From Chloropicon primus (Eukaryota): 64,000 nucleotides of DNA. Position numbers and translations under genes: made by a program. This document shows positions 19,749 to 31,000 of the stretch, one piece after another. Where the stretch lies: contig CP060754.1 in assembly GCA_023205875.1 (NCBI GenBank), forward strand, positions 310,001 through 374,000. Reading direction: 5' to 3'. Below the pieces are notes generated by a model. It did not search any database. It was not told the DNA's origin and saw only the letters and a list, made by a program, of their open reading frames with translations. Position 1 is the stretch's first letter. Each line of letters starts with the position of its first letter.

Positions 19749-22700
19749 ATGGCAAGGCCGAGAAGGAGGCACTGGGCGCGACCACTGGTCTCGGAAGACC
19801 GAGGAGGGAAAGCCCTCAAAAGCTATGCCCCGCGTTTCAAAAACTCTTGCTTTGGTGGGGACGTGGAGAGTGAGAAGGAGTACTACCAGGAGAAGCTGCA
19901 GGACATGGATGTGTCCTCAGAGCTGGTGTGGGTCGGAGAGAAGGGGAGTGAGAAGAAAGGCTTCGGTTCCAGAGACGGACAGCGCGAGTTGTTTGCAGAC
20001 ATAGGCGAGCTGGTGCTGAGGCCAAACCAAGTCACGGTGGCGACCTCGACAACGATGCCCGAGGAGAACTCGGCGTGCGGTGGGAGGTCGGAAGGCTGCC
20101 CCAGCACGTCCCTCAGCTCGCCCGCGGAGGGCAGTGACAGAGAGAGCAAGGGCTCAAACTTGAAGGAGAAGCTGAAGAAAAACCTGCAGCGCCTCAAGAG
20201 GCGGAGCAGGCTCACGTCGGCGAACAAGAGCAAGCCGCGGCAATCCAAGGGTGATGGACTGTGGGTCGACAACGGGTTAGACATCGCTCCGGGATCGTCG
20301 AAGGCGATCGAGGAGGGGAAAGAGGAGGACGCCGGTGACGACGATGTGTACAGCGACAGCTTTGAGTCTTTTGACTCTGAAAGTCCTTCAGAGGAGGAGG
20401 AGGAGGACGGCGACGATGACGACGACGCGTTTTCGCTGCTCGGAAGTGGCAGTGATGTCTGCTGCTATGACGTGGGTGCGCTCGAAGACGTGGAGCCAGG
20501 GAGTGCAAAGAAGACGGCTGGCTCTGCCCCAGTAGTAGAAGAAAGGAAAGAGGGAAGTGAGGGCAGCAGGGAGGAGGAGGGTCGTCCCGCCATGGACACC
20601 TTCGGGGCCTCCACTATGTTTCGCGAGCTGCCTGAGGCAATGGACGACTTGAGCTACGACGATCTTATTGGGGAGTACATCGATGGCCTTGAGACAGAAG
20701 ACACGCTGATCTTGGAGGACGAGAACTCACAAGAGAATCAAAGCGTGGATTTCAAAGGGTCTTTGCCTGCCGTGGCAGAAAGTGATTCCACGCCGCAGGG
20801 CAGCAAAGGAACAAAAGTCGGAGCCGATCTTGCGGGCCGTGGCGAAAGGAGAATGCCACTCAATAGCTTGGAGTCCTTCTGCAACACAGAAGTGCTTCAC
20901 CGAGAGGTAGAGCCAAAGGCTGCCCAAGTCGCGTCAACTAAAGAGAGCAGCAGGGCTGAAGAAGAAGCCGAGGTCGAGCGGTGCATCCCCGTTCTACCGT
21001 CTGGACTGGTTCTGAGGGTAGTCGTTCACTCAAACTGGGGCGACAAGGACTTTGTGGGCCTGAACGGGATCGAAATCTTCGACGAAGACGGACATATCGT
21101 GTGCTTCTCGTCGCAGAAGAGGCAGGTTGCGCTGCAGAGCGAGGATGGTCAGGACCATCCTGAGGCACGCTTCTCGAGTTTGGAGAAGCTGACGGACGGA
21201 AACAATTTGACTTGCGACGAGTCTCACATTTGGCTGCTGCCCTTCAACCAGGAGACCAAACCAAGCATCGTGTTCAGCTTCTCAGGCCGCACCTCAATCG
21301 GAGCGATTAGGATCTGGAACTACAATAAGAGCAGGATACATTCGCACCGGGGGGCGAAGAAAGTGGAGCTGATTCTAGACGACACACGCATCTTTCACGG
21401 GGACGTGCAGAAGGCCCCTGGGATCGCCAGCGAGGCGTGGAAAGGGGCAGAGACCATCTTGTTCACAACCAATGAGGAGACGTTCAAAAACATAGAATTG
21501 TTCGATGCCAAGTACTCTTCTGTGCTGAAGGTGCCAGCCACAGAAATCGAGCGCTCGACGAAGTCTTTGGTTCTGCCCCCAATAGAGATGGTGGAGCTGG
21601 AGGAAGACAACCTGGACCTGGATGATTCTTGCCTCCTGCGCATGGGCGTTCTTGATGCACGGGACACCGACGCTTGTGAAGAAGAAAAACGCAAGCCTCT
21701 CAGCGTGAAAGAGCTTGTCATTGAGGTCGTCAGCACGTGGGGAGACGAGTTCTACGTGGGTCTAGCTGGTTTGGAATTGCTGGACGACAAGGGGTGTCCG
21801 ATGGAGATCACGATGGATCATTTGACCGCAGAGCCGTTAGACCTGAACGTGATGCCGGAATCGTGCACCGCGGACGACCGAACCCTCGACAAGCTGCTCA
21901 ATGGCAACAACGTCACCACGGACGACATCAACATGTGGCTTGCGCCCCTGGACTGGGAGGACCAAGCAAACACAATCTCCATCGACTTGAAGTCTCGAAG
22001 AAAGGTGTCTGGCCTCCGGCTTTGGAACTACAACAAGAGCCTTGAGGATACCCTGAGGGGTGTGAAGTGCGTCAAAATTTATGCCGACGGAAAGATGGTG
22101 TCGCCCGCATGTGGCCACCTTATTCCCAAAGCCCCCGGGGTCTCCTCGTTCGACTTCTCGTACACGATCACCTTCGACAGGGAGGGGGGGTCGCGGGGCT
22201 CCGAAGCGGGTGGGGGCAACCCCGAATCCGCGCTTTGGCTCAGCGCCTTGCCAAGCGGCGCAGGGGCAAAGATAGCCGCTTGCCGGTCGCAGAGGCCCAA
22301 TCGTGCGATCAAGCAGGGCTGGGAGGTCCCGATACTGCCTTGCGGCTTCGTCTTCAAGCTCGAGCTCTTCAGCACGTGGGGGGACCCCCACTACATCGGT
22401 CTGACCGGCATTGAGATCGTGGATGCCCTCTCTGGCTCGGTCCTCGTGCCGGCGGCCTCCGTGGCAGCGGAGCCGAGGGGCGTGTGCGAGCTGGAGGGCA
22501 TGGAGAAGGACGTGAGGCTCCCCTCCAGGCTCACTGACGGCCACAACAAGGCGGAGGAGGTCGCGCACTGCTGGCTCGCTCCCTACAGCGAGTCCTCCCC
22601 GAACCTCATCACCATCTACGTCAGCAGGCCGATCGTCTTGGCCGCCGTGCGGATCTGGAACTACGCCAAGACGCCCTCCAGGGGGGCCAAGGACTTCCAC

Positions 22701-22958
22701 ATGTACCTTGACGACAACCTCATCTTTGACGGGGTGCTGCAAAAGTACCACGCCGGCCTCGGCGAGGACTACCACCAGGCCCTGCTCTTCACCAGGAAGG
22801 ACGACCTGGTCCGCCTCGAGTCGGAGTACACCTCCGAGCCCGGCGACATCGACCCGGCGGAGGTGATCTTCACGAACAACAACCAGGTCGTCAGGGGCAA
22901 AGCGGAGACGAGGGCCAGGGACCTCGGCCCAAGACCCGTCACCAGCGTCGTCCTCTAA
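19749..22958 (+). CDS. KATNIP: KATNIP/KIAA0556-like protein (repeated DUF4457 domains)
   Basis: Three repeats of S(T/N)WGD…GL.G(I/L)E…WL.P…(I/L)R(I/L)WNY.K..RG.K, and the C-terminus RPVTSV. The N-terminal boundary is uncertain. Confidence 0.85.
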   Translation: MARPRRRHWARPLVSEDRGGKALKSYAPRFKNSCFGGDVESEKEYYQEKLQDMDVSSELVWVGEKGSEKKGFGSRDGQRELFADIGELVLRPNQVTVATSTTMPEENSACGGRSEGCPSTSLSSPAEGSDRESKGSNLKEKLKKNLQRLKRRSRLTSANKSKPRQSKGDGLWVDNGLDIAPGSSKAIEEGKEEDAGDDDVYSDSFESFDSESPSEEEEEDGDDDDDAFSLLGSGSDVCCYDVGALEDVEPGSAKKTAGSAPVVEERKEGSEGSREEEGRPAMDTFGASTMFRELPEAMDDLSYDDLIGEYIDGLETEDTLILEDENSQENQSVDFKGSLPAVAESDSTPQGSKGTKVGADLAGRGERRMPLNSLESFCNTEVLHREVEPKAAQVASTKESSRAEEEAEVERCIPVLPSGLVLRVVVHSNWGDKDFVGLNGIEIFDEDGHIVCFSSQKRQVALQSEDGQDHPEARFSSLEKLTDGNNLTCDESHIWLLPFNQETKPSIVFSFSGRTSIGAIRIWNYNKSRIHSHRGAKKVELILDDTRIFHGDVQKAPGIASEAWKGAETILFTTNEETFKNIELFDAKYSSVLKVPATEIERSTKSLVLPPIEMVELEEDNLDLDDSCLLRMGVLDARDTDACEEEKRKPLSVKELVIEVVSTWGDEFYVGLAGLELLDDKGCPMEITMDHLTAEPLDLNVMPESCTADDRTLDKLLNGNNVTTDDINMWLAPLDWEDQANTISIDLKSRRKVSGLRLWNYNKSLEDTLRGVKCVKIYADGKMVSPACGHLIPKAPGVSSFDFSYTITFDREGGSRGSEAGGGNPESALWLSALPSGAGAKIAACRSQRPNRAIKQGWEVPILPCGFVFKLELFSTWGDPHYIGLTGIEIVDALSGSVLVPAASVAAEPRGVCELEGMEKDVRLPSRLTDGHNKAEEVAHCWLAPYSESSPNLITIYVSRPIVLAAVRIWNYAKTPSRGAKDFHMYLDDNLIFDGVLQKYHAGLGEDYHQALLFTRKDDLVRLESEYTSEPGDIDPAEVIFTNNNQVVRGKAETRARDLGPRPVTSVVL

Positions 22959-22989
22959 ACAACATTCCACCCGTAACCGATGTTTATTC

Positions 22990-23337
22990 TTATTCGTATA
23001 TTCTGTCCTGGTTCTGGCCCACGATGCTGTTGGCGACCTCCCAAGTCGTGTCAGAGGAAGCGTCATCCACTATGATGAGCTCCCAGAACTGAAATGTTTG
23101 CTTGAAGACGCTGTCCACGGTCTCCTGCAGCAGGCTCCCCTGATTGTACGCCGCGATCACGACGGAGAAAAACACGCTCTCACCGTCAGGCAACGCCTCG
23201 TCGAACTTGGGCGTCTCCTTGGTCTCGAGGATCCCCTTGGACTTGGGAAAGAGTATGAACGGATCTAAAGTGCCTTGATCGAGTGCCTCCACCTCGGCAG
23301 CCTTCTCCCGCTTCTCCAGGGGCTTGTCCGCCACCAC
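22990..23337 (-). pseudogene. Truncated glycosyltransferase family 2 fragment
   Basis: FSVVIAAYNQ…ETVDSV..QTF..WELIIVDDASSD is followed by a stop before the rest of the GT-A domain. There is no in-frame ATG back to the upstream stop near 23566. Confidence 0.6.
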
Positions 23338-23449
23338 CTCGACTACCGGAGTCCCCTTTCTAAATATCTTCCACCTCAGAAAAGGGCGGAGCTTTTTTGA
23401 GAGGAAGGGCGGAGAGCTTGTTTGAAGACTTCTTGTGCGGTGTGCAAAG

Positions 23450-24790
23450 ATGGCGACGTTCGGGCGGCAAATGTCGACGTAAGTGACCCATCGCCTCAGC
23501 GTTCCGGTCGAATGCCCCGTGCATGCCTCTCCCCCCCCTTGTTTCCTGGCTCGCGAGCGCGGGCGTCATGGGGTTTCCAATCGCATTCCAAGCCCTAGCC
23601 CGGCTTGCCTTGTTCGTGCTTGAAAGCGCTGCGATCTCGCGGCTCGAGGGAATTCTCTTTCGCTCTCGTCGCGCGCTTCTGCTGTCCCGTGCCTTCGCTG
23701 ACGACGCTTCTTGTTCGTTTCTCAGGGTGTTGAAGAGGGCACTTTGGGCTGATGTTTCGGTCCTCGGTGTTGCCCGCAGCATGTCGGGCGAGGTAAGAGA
23801 GACTCCGCTGCCCACGCCGCGCCCCCGTTTCTCGGCGGACTTGCGCTTGGTGCTGACAATCGAATTTTCGTCTCTTTGTTGTGCCACCAGGCGTACAATC
23901 CTGCAGTCTTTGTGGACAAGAACACCAAGGTTATCTGCCAGGGGTTTACAGGAAAGACGGGAACCTTCCACTCGGAGCAGGCGATAGCCTACGGAACGAA
24001 CATGGTGGGCGGTGTGAACCCAAAGAAGGGCGGCTCGACTCACCTCGGACTCCCGGTGTTCAAAAGCGTGGCAGAGGCGAAGGAGGAGACAGGCTGCAAC
24101 GCCTCAGTAATTTATGTCCCCCCTCCGTTCGCCGCGGCGGCCTGCCTGGAAGCTATCGAGGCCGAGATTGACTTGGTGGTGTGCATCACGGAGGGCATTC
24201 CTCAGCACGACATGGTGAAGGTCAAGAGCGCCCTGATGCAGCAGAGCAAGACGAGGATGATCGGCCCAAACTGCCCAGGAATCATCAAGCCTGGGGAGTG
24301 CAAGATAGGCATCATGCCCGGCTACATCCATACCCCAGGAAGGATCGGAGTCGTCTCCCGAAGTGGAACCCTCACGTACGAGGCCGTGTTCCAGACCACC
24401 AACGAGGGCTTGGGCCAGTCCACCGTTGTTGGCATCGGCGGAGACCCCTTCAACGGGACGAACTTCATCGACTGCCTCGAGAAGTTTGTGAAGGACCCCC
24501 AGACCGAGGGCATCATCATGATCGGAGAGATCGGAGGAAGCGCCGAGGAGGAAGCCGCGGAGTTCATCAGGGCCTCGGGCACTGACAAGCCCGTGGTCTC
24601 CTTCATCGCGGGTCTCACGGCCCCACCAGGAAGGAGGATGGGCCACGCCGGTGCAATCATCTCCGGAGGCAAGGGAACCGCGACCGACAAGATCAAGGCC
24701 CTCGAGGCCGTCGGTGCCACCGTCGTTCAGTCCCCAGCAGTCATGGGTGTAGCCATGAAGAAGCTTTTCGAGGAGCGTGGCTTGTTGTGA
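23450..24790 (+). CDS. SUCLG1: Succinyl-CoA ligase alpha subunit, mitochondrial; exons 23450-23478, 23726-23792, 23891-24790
   Basis: Phase-consistent GT-AG introns give [14 protein letters not shown]…[23 protein letters not shown] and RRMGHAG (phospho-His). Confidence 0.95.
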
Positions 24791-24948
24791 ATCAGTTCTT
24801 AAAGCAACATTTCAACCCATTCTTAAAAACAACAACTTATTGGTATTCATTGCCCCTCTTCCTCTTCACAGTCTCAAAATCTCGGCTGTCAGCGAAGCAG
24901 ACAGACAGTGCCACCTCAAGGAAGAGGGGGGAGAGTCAGCACGCAAAC

Positions 24949-27027
24949 ATGTTCGCCAAGCTGACGAGTTTGGTTACGGGGACGTCCCTCCCGTTCACCC
25001 TCGGGGAGGACAAGGGGACGGCTTGGAACTGGTGGACGCTCCACGACGCGACGTGGAAAGCGGACGGAACGAACGTGTCGGTGTTCAAGGCCGTCATTTC
25101 CCTCTCGGACGACGCCAAGTTGAACTTGGCGAGGAACAGCTTGAAGAGGCTCAGGGGCCTGAAGCACCCGAGCATCGTGAGCTTCAAAGACTCTCTTGAA
25201 TCGGCTGACCGGTCGAACGTGACGTTTTACATCGTAACCGAGCGAGTCATGACACTTGCTTCCTTTCTCGCCATGGACGAGATGCAGGGAAACACTTCGG
25301 AGGTCCTGGCGTGGGGTTTGAGGGCTGTGGTGAGCGGCATAAGCTTTCTGACGAACGAATGCAAGCTCGTGTACGGCAGCCTTTGCTACAACTCCGTGTT
25401 CGTGTCCCACACTCTGGACTGGAAGCTGGGAATTTTCGACCTCCTCAGCGAGCACGCTGGCATGGACAAGGCCATGGACCCTCAACCTTTTGTGCAAGGC
25501 CTCCCGTTGGTCAGCGCGCAATACCTTCCGGGGGAGGTGCACAAAAAAGAGTGGCAACTGGTGAAGGATGGGCCCGCGTGGGGCATCGATGCCTGGGGCC
25601 TGGGCTGCTTCATGCAGGAGCTCTTCAAAGGAAGCACGATGGCAGCGGTCTCCGAGCTCAGGGATCTGCAATCAATCCCAAAAGGCCTCCAAGGCGATTA
25701 TCAGCGGCTATTAAGCTCCCAGCCGCACAAGCGACTCAATCCGGCGCAGCTGCTTCAGAGGAACTCGTTCTTCAGAACCAAGTTGAGTGACATTGTGGTC
25801 TTTCTGGACAACCTCCTCCTGAAGGAGGAAGTGGAGAGAAACAGATTCTTTAGAAGCCTCAAGCAAGCTCTGCGGTCTTTGCCTAGCTTCTTGATCCAGA
25901 GGAAGATTTTGCCTGCCTGCCTCTCCGTGGTGGAGTTCGGGAACGTGTCTACGCCGGCGCTGCAGGCTATCCTTGATTTGGTGGAGTGCGTGGGCGACGA
26001 AAAGTACTTTGAGACTGGCGTCCTCCCTTTCATCCTGAAGTTGCTGGCGTCTCCGGACGTCTCCGTGAGACTGCTGCTGCTGCAGAGCGTGGAAAAATTC
26101 ATCACATTGCTCTCAGCAACAACAATCGAGAAGCAGTTCTACCCAGCAATGCAATCGTACTTCAAGGATCCGGACCCCAGAATCAGGGACCAGACAATCA
26201 AGTGCATGAGCCTTTTGGCCCCCAAAATGAACCAAAAGATCCTGAACTCGTCTCTGCTCCAGCACTTGGCGCAGCTGCAGAGGGATCCGGAGGCTGCGAT
26301 CAGGACCAACACGACTGTGCTGATTTCCAAAATTTCACAGTTTTTGGGCGAAGCCTCTTGCAAGAGGATTCTCCTGAACGCTTTCACGAGAGTTCTGAAT
26401 GACCCAGTGGCGACAGTGAGAAACGCTGGAATTCTGGCGCTGAAAGAGACGAGTCAGTATTATAGCGAAGAGGACATCGCAAGGAAGCTGATACCCACAC
26501 TGGCTCCGTTGGTCACGGACCCGGACCCAAGCATAAGTGTGAGCAGTTTCCAGTGCCTCGAAAAGAATTTCGAGGTTTTGAAGAATTACAACAAGAAGAG
26601 GGAAACGGAGTTGGCCTCGGCTCCACCTGAACCTGCTGCCCCACCAAATCCCTCGCAGGGTAACGGCAACAGCGCGGAAACCTTCAACATGGATGCCCCT
26701 CTCGTGGATGAGTGGCGACCAGAAGCCGAGGACAACAACCTGGTCCTTGGTGACGATGGGGGCTGGGACGATGATGGGCTGGAGGATATGTTGCAGGGCC
26801 AAGAGAGCACCACGAACCCCCTGTCGGGGTTGGATGACAGTGTGAGCCAACAGATGAGCGAGCTCATGGGAGGAGGATCAGGCGGGAGCAACACAAGGAG
26901 CGGTGCACCGATGGGGAGGAAGCACCTGTCTCCTCCTCGGAAACCCAGCAAGAAGCCAATGAAGCTCGGTGCGACGAAAAGGGCGACGAAGAGCGACGAT
27001 GCCTGGGGGGACTTGCTCAACGACTAG
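24949..27027 (+). CDS. SCYL1/Cex1-like pseudokinase with HEAT repeats
   Basis: The first ATG is at 24949. It has a degenerate kinase domain (LKRL..LKHP, IVTE.V, DWKLG, DAWGLG) and HEAT repeats including IRTNTT. Confidence 0.85.
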   Translation: MFAKLTSLVTGTSLPFTLGEDKGTAWNWWTLHDATWKADGTNVSVFKAVISLSDDAKLNLARNSLKRLRGLKHPSIVSFKDSLESADRSNVTFYIVTERVMTLASFLAMDEMQGNTSEVLAWGLRAVVSGISFLTNECKLVYGSLCYNSVFVSHTLDWKLGIFDLLSEHAGMDKAMDPQPFVQGLPLVSAQYLPGEVHKKEWQLVKDGPAWGIDAWGLGCFMQELFKGSTMAAVSELRDLQSIPKGLQGDYQRLLSSQPHKRLNPAQLLQRNSFFRTKLSDIVVFLDNLLLKEEVERNRFFRSLKQALRSLPSFLIQRKILPACLSVVEFGNVSTPALQAILDLVECVGDEKYFETGVLPFILKLLASPDVSVRLLLLQSVEKFITLLSATTIEKQFYPAMQSYFKDPDPRIRDQTIKCMSLLAPKMNQKILNSSLLQHLAQLQRDPEAAIRTNTTVLISKISQFLGEASCKRILLNAFTRVLNDPVATVRNAGILALKETSQYYSEEDIARKLIPTLAPLVTDPDPSISVSSFQCLEKNFEVLKNYNKKRETELASAPPEPAAPPNPSQGNGNSAETFNMDAPLVDEWRPEAEDNNLVLGDDGGWDDDGLEDMLQGQESTTNPLSGLDDSVSQQMSELMGGGSGGSNTRSGAPMGRKHLSPPRKPSKKPMKLGATKRATKSDDAWGDLLND

Positions 27028-27092
27028 GTTCAAGAGAGGTCAAAGGTTTTTCGTATGTATTACAATTTTTTTTTCGTTTCCCGTGAAAACGC

Positions 27093-27755
27093 CTATGCTT
27101 TGAAGACAGCGGAGGCTGAGATAATGATGGCCACGATGACCCCAAAGAGACCCAGGGCACTACCGAAGATCTCTATCACTAGAATTTTCACGAAGAGTGT
27201 TGAGTTCTGCGCGTCTGCCAGCGCACAGCTGCTCCCGACAATGCCCACGCAGATCCCACACACCAGGTTGGACAGGCCCACGCACAGACCCGAGCCAAAA
27301 ACTGCATACCCAGCCTTTAGTATTCCCACGCTCCACTCCCCGTCAGAGCCTATGGGCACGTCCTCCACTTTCGTCTGTAGGATGATGGCGGTGATTACGC
27401 CGTAGATGGCCGCAGCCTCGCAAAAGATGACACTGATCAGGTTCTTGCTCGTTATCCGAGGCGCCTTCACGGCCGCACCCACTAAACTACTGCCCGTCAA
27501 GAAGATGCCCCTGCGCGCGCGTTCCGGGGAAGTGAAGTGAAGAGGGAGAGAGCGACAACAATGAGGTCAGTTCCCTTGCTCGAACTTTTCACGAACGCGC
27601 GCGCCGAGCAAGCGTCCGTCGGCTTGGCCTCTCCTTCTCACTTACCACGCAGCCCCAGCAACGGAGAGTCCGATCGCCAACGCACAACCCAGGGAAGCCC
27701 ACATGTACGGGCTGATGTGCCTGAACACGAGACCCATGTACTCGTAGTCCACCAT
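27093..27755 (-). CDS. VMA16: V-ATPase proteolipid subunit c'' (VMA16/ATP6V0B); exons 27755-27646, 27510-27093
   Basis: Splices to …[10 protein letters not shown]…[17 protein letters not shown]…[16 protein letters not shown]…[12 protein letters not shown]. Confidence 0.93.
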
Positions 27756-28070
27756 GGTTCACAGGTATTTCTCTCTTCGTTCGCTTCCTCACTCCTACGT
27801 CCAAGCGCGTGCCCGCGCACACACACGCACACACCAGCCAACCAAACAACACCACCGAGAGCAAACGATTCCAAAGACCGCCTCGTCACCTCTCCGTTCT
27901 ATCTCTTCCCTGCGCTCAACAACACACGAGAAAGGAACTCCTTTCGCTCTCTCTTCTCTTCTCTCTCAACCCTCGCTCGCGCCTTCGCGTCGCGTAGTAA
28001 TTTTCGCCCGGCCCTGGGAGAGAGGAGAGGAGGGGAACTGGCGGCGAAGAGAAGGAGGGCGTGTGTGACG

Positions 28071-31000
28071 ATGGGCAAGAAGAACAAGAAGGGAAAGAAG
28101 AAGGCGCAGGACCTTGACGACTACCCTGACTACGACGATGACCTGGATCCTTTAAAGGGCGGAGGCGAGGCCGGGGAGGCTACGGACGGGAACGGTGACG
28201 GAGGAGAGGAGGACGAGGGGGCTGTGGAGCCACCGAAACCAGTGGCAGGGAAGAAGAAGGGGAAGAAGGGGAAGAAGGGGAAGAAGCAGCAAGTCAAGTT
28301 CGACGATAGCGACAGCGACGATGACTTCGATCCTTTGAAGAGCAAGCCGGCGGGTGGATTCGCCGCGCTCGGGGCGGGAGACGACTCCGATGAGGAAGCC
28401 GAGGAGGCGAGCTCCGAGGAAGAGGAGGAGACAGGTGGCAAGTCAAAGGGAGCCTCGGGCTTCGCTGCGCTGATGGGCGACGACGACGATGAGGACGAAG
28501 AGTCGGAGGAGGACGAGCCGGTCGTGAAGAAGTCCAGTGGCTTCGCCGCTCTCATGGCGGACGGGGACGAGGACGAGTCGGAGGAGGAGGAGGAGGAGGA
28601 GGAGGAGGATGAGCCGGTCGTGAAGAAGTCCAGTGGTTTCGCCGCTCTCATGGCGGACGAGGGCGAGGAGGAGGAGGAAGAGGAGGAGGAGGAGGAGCCA
28701 GACATGGCCAAACCAAGTGGCTTCGCCGCACTGACTTTGCTGGGGGGAGGGAGTGAGAGCGAGAGTGAGAGCGACCAAGACACAGACAGCGAGAGCGGTG
28801 AAGAGGCCGTGCTTCCTATTACTGGAAAGGTGCTGTCGACGGAGGACCACCCGAATGCAGACAAGCTGAAAGTTGTCGAGATTGATGCAGGGGATCGCAC
28901 GTATCAGATCGTTACGAGCGCAAAGAACGTGAAGAAGGGGAGGAGAGTCGCCTTGGCCCGTCCGGGCTGTGTCACCTGGGGAACCGGGATCAAGATAGAG
29001 AAGACCGAAATGAGGGGGATGGAGAGTGAGGGAATGGTTTTGTCGACCCTTGATCTTGGCTGGGAGACCGAGAAGAGCAAGAAGGCAGCGATCTTGCCCA
29101 AGAAGTGGAAGGCAGGCCACGAGGTGCCCAGAGAGATGCCAGAAGAAATGAAAGAGGACGGTGGAGTGGACCTCAGTGTGTTCGAAACGGGGAAGAAGAA
29201 GAAGAAGTCGAAGAAGGACAAGACCAAGGATTCTGATGCGGCGGAAGAGGAAGGCAGCCCAGATGAGGTGGACTTGAGCGCTTTCGGAAAGAAGAAGAAA
29301 AAGTCAAAGAAGAGCAAGGGAGGGGATTCTGAGATTTCCATGGAGAAGCTCTCTCTCGAGGAAAAGGAGGCTCCCAGCCCAGTGGAAGACGCCAAGCCCC
29401 CTCCTCCTGCTGAGAAGGAAGAAAGCGCCCCGGCCTTCGATGCATCCGCTTTTGCAACCAAAGGGAAAAAGAAGAAGAACAAGAAGAAGAACAAGAAGGA
29501 GCCGCAGCCTGCAGACGACTTGGATGACATCGATGCGATTCTTGCTCAGCTTGATGGGCCAGCCCCGGTCACAGAGGAGGCCAAGCCTGAGCCTGCCCCC
29601 GAGGAAGCAAAGCCAGAAGAGCCTGCTGAGGAAGAAGAGCCTAAAGCTCTCACCGCGAATCAGAAGAAGAAGCTCAAGAAGAAGCAGAAGGAAGCGGAGA
29701 GAAAGGCTCGGTTGGCAGCAGGCGAGGTTGATGAAAGTGAAACCAAATCCCCTGCCAAGGGCAAGAAGGGAGGCAAGCCAGTGTCTGCTGCTGTGAAGAA
29801 GATGCAGGAGGAACTGGAAAAGAGAAAGCAAATGGAAGAAGAGCAGGCGAGGCTGGAGGAAGAGCAGAGGAAGAAAGAGGAAGAGGAGGAAGCACAGCGT
29901 CTTGAGGAGGAAAGAATCAAAGAAGAAAAGAGGAAGCTGAAGAAGGAGAAGGAGCGACTGAAGAAGGAGAAGGCGAGGAAGGAAGGTAAATTGCTCACGG
30001 GCAAGGCCAAGGAGGAGGCAAAACGCCTTGCGGCCATGAGGGAGCAGATGCTTCGCCAAGCCGGCATCCTGCCCGATTCTGCTGAAGCAGAAGGCGGCGT
30101 GCGGAAGAAGGTTGTGTATGAAAAGAAGAAGAAGCGCCCCGCTCCAGCTGCAAAGCAGGAAGAGGTTAAAAAGGTGGAAGAGGAAAAGAAAGAGGAGGAA
30201 GTACCAGCCAAAGCAGAGGAGGAGGTGGTTGAGGAGACTGCCGTTGAGGAAGAACCTGTCGGGGACTGGGACGAGGTTGACTGGGAGGAGAAAGCAGATG
30301 AGAAATCCAGCTCTGCGGCACAAGCTGGCGCAAACGACGAGGCCGAGGACGACGATGAAGACAGCGATGAGTATTCGGAGTCGGACCTTGACAGTGACGA
30401 AGAGCTTGAGAGAAGGATCGAAGCCGCCCGTGAAAAACGACATGAGCGTCAAAGGGAGGCCATGAAGAACAGGTCTCCAGACCACCTTAGATCTCCAATC
30501 TGCTGTATTCTTGGGCACGTTGACACAGGAAAGACAAAGCTGTTGGACAAGATCAGGGGAACAAATGTGCAAGACGGCGAAGCTGGTGGTATCACACAAC
30601 AGATAGGTGCCACCTATATCCCGGGTAAAGAGATTGCCACGAGGACCGAGTGCCTTGGAGATAAGCAGATGAAAGGATCGAAGTTGCCGGGATTACTCGT
30701 CATTGATACTCCTGGTCACGAGTCTTTCACTAACCTGAGGTCGAGGGGAAGTGGTCTCTGTGACATTGCTATCCTTGTCGTGGATATCATGCACGGCCTG
30801 GAGCAGCAGACTATCGAATCTTTGAACATGTTGAAGATGAGGAAGACGCCATTCATCATTGCTCTCAACAAGGTTGACCGCATGTATGATTGGAAACCCA
30901 TACCAAATGGCGGATTCAGAGAAACGCTTGCATCGCAGGGAGACCACGTCCAGCAGGAATTCAAGAAGCGCTACAACGATGCAGTATTGGCTCTGAACCA

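Noticed and set aside
19091..27755. VMA21 lying about 8 kb from V-ATPase subunit c'' as a possible functional cluster
   Set aside because: They are separated by unrelated genes, so chance proximity is sufficient.
27537..28070. N-terminal extension of the eIF5B ORF (1578-aa call)
   Set aside because: It overlaps the V-ATPase c'' exon on the opposite strand and promoter-like CT-rich DNA. ATG 28071 is the plausible start.
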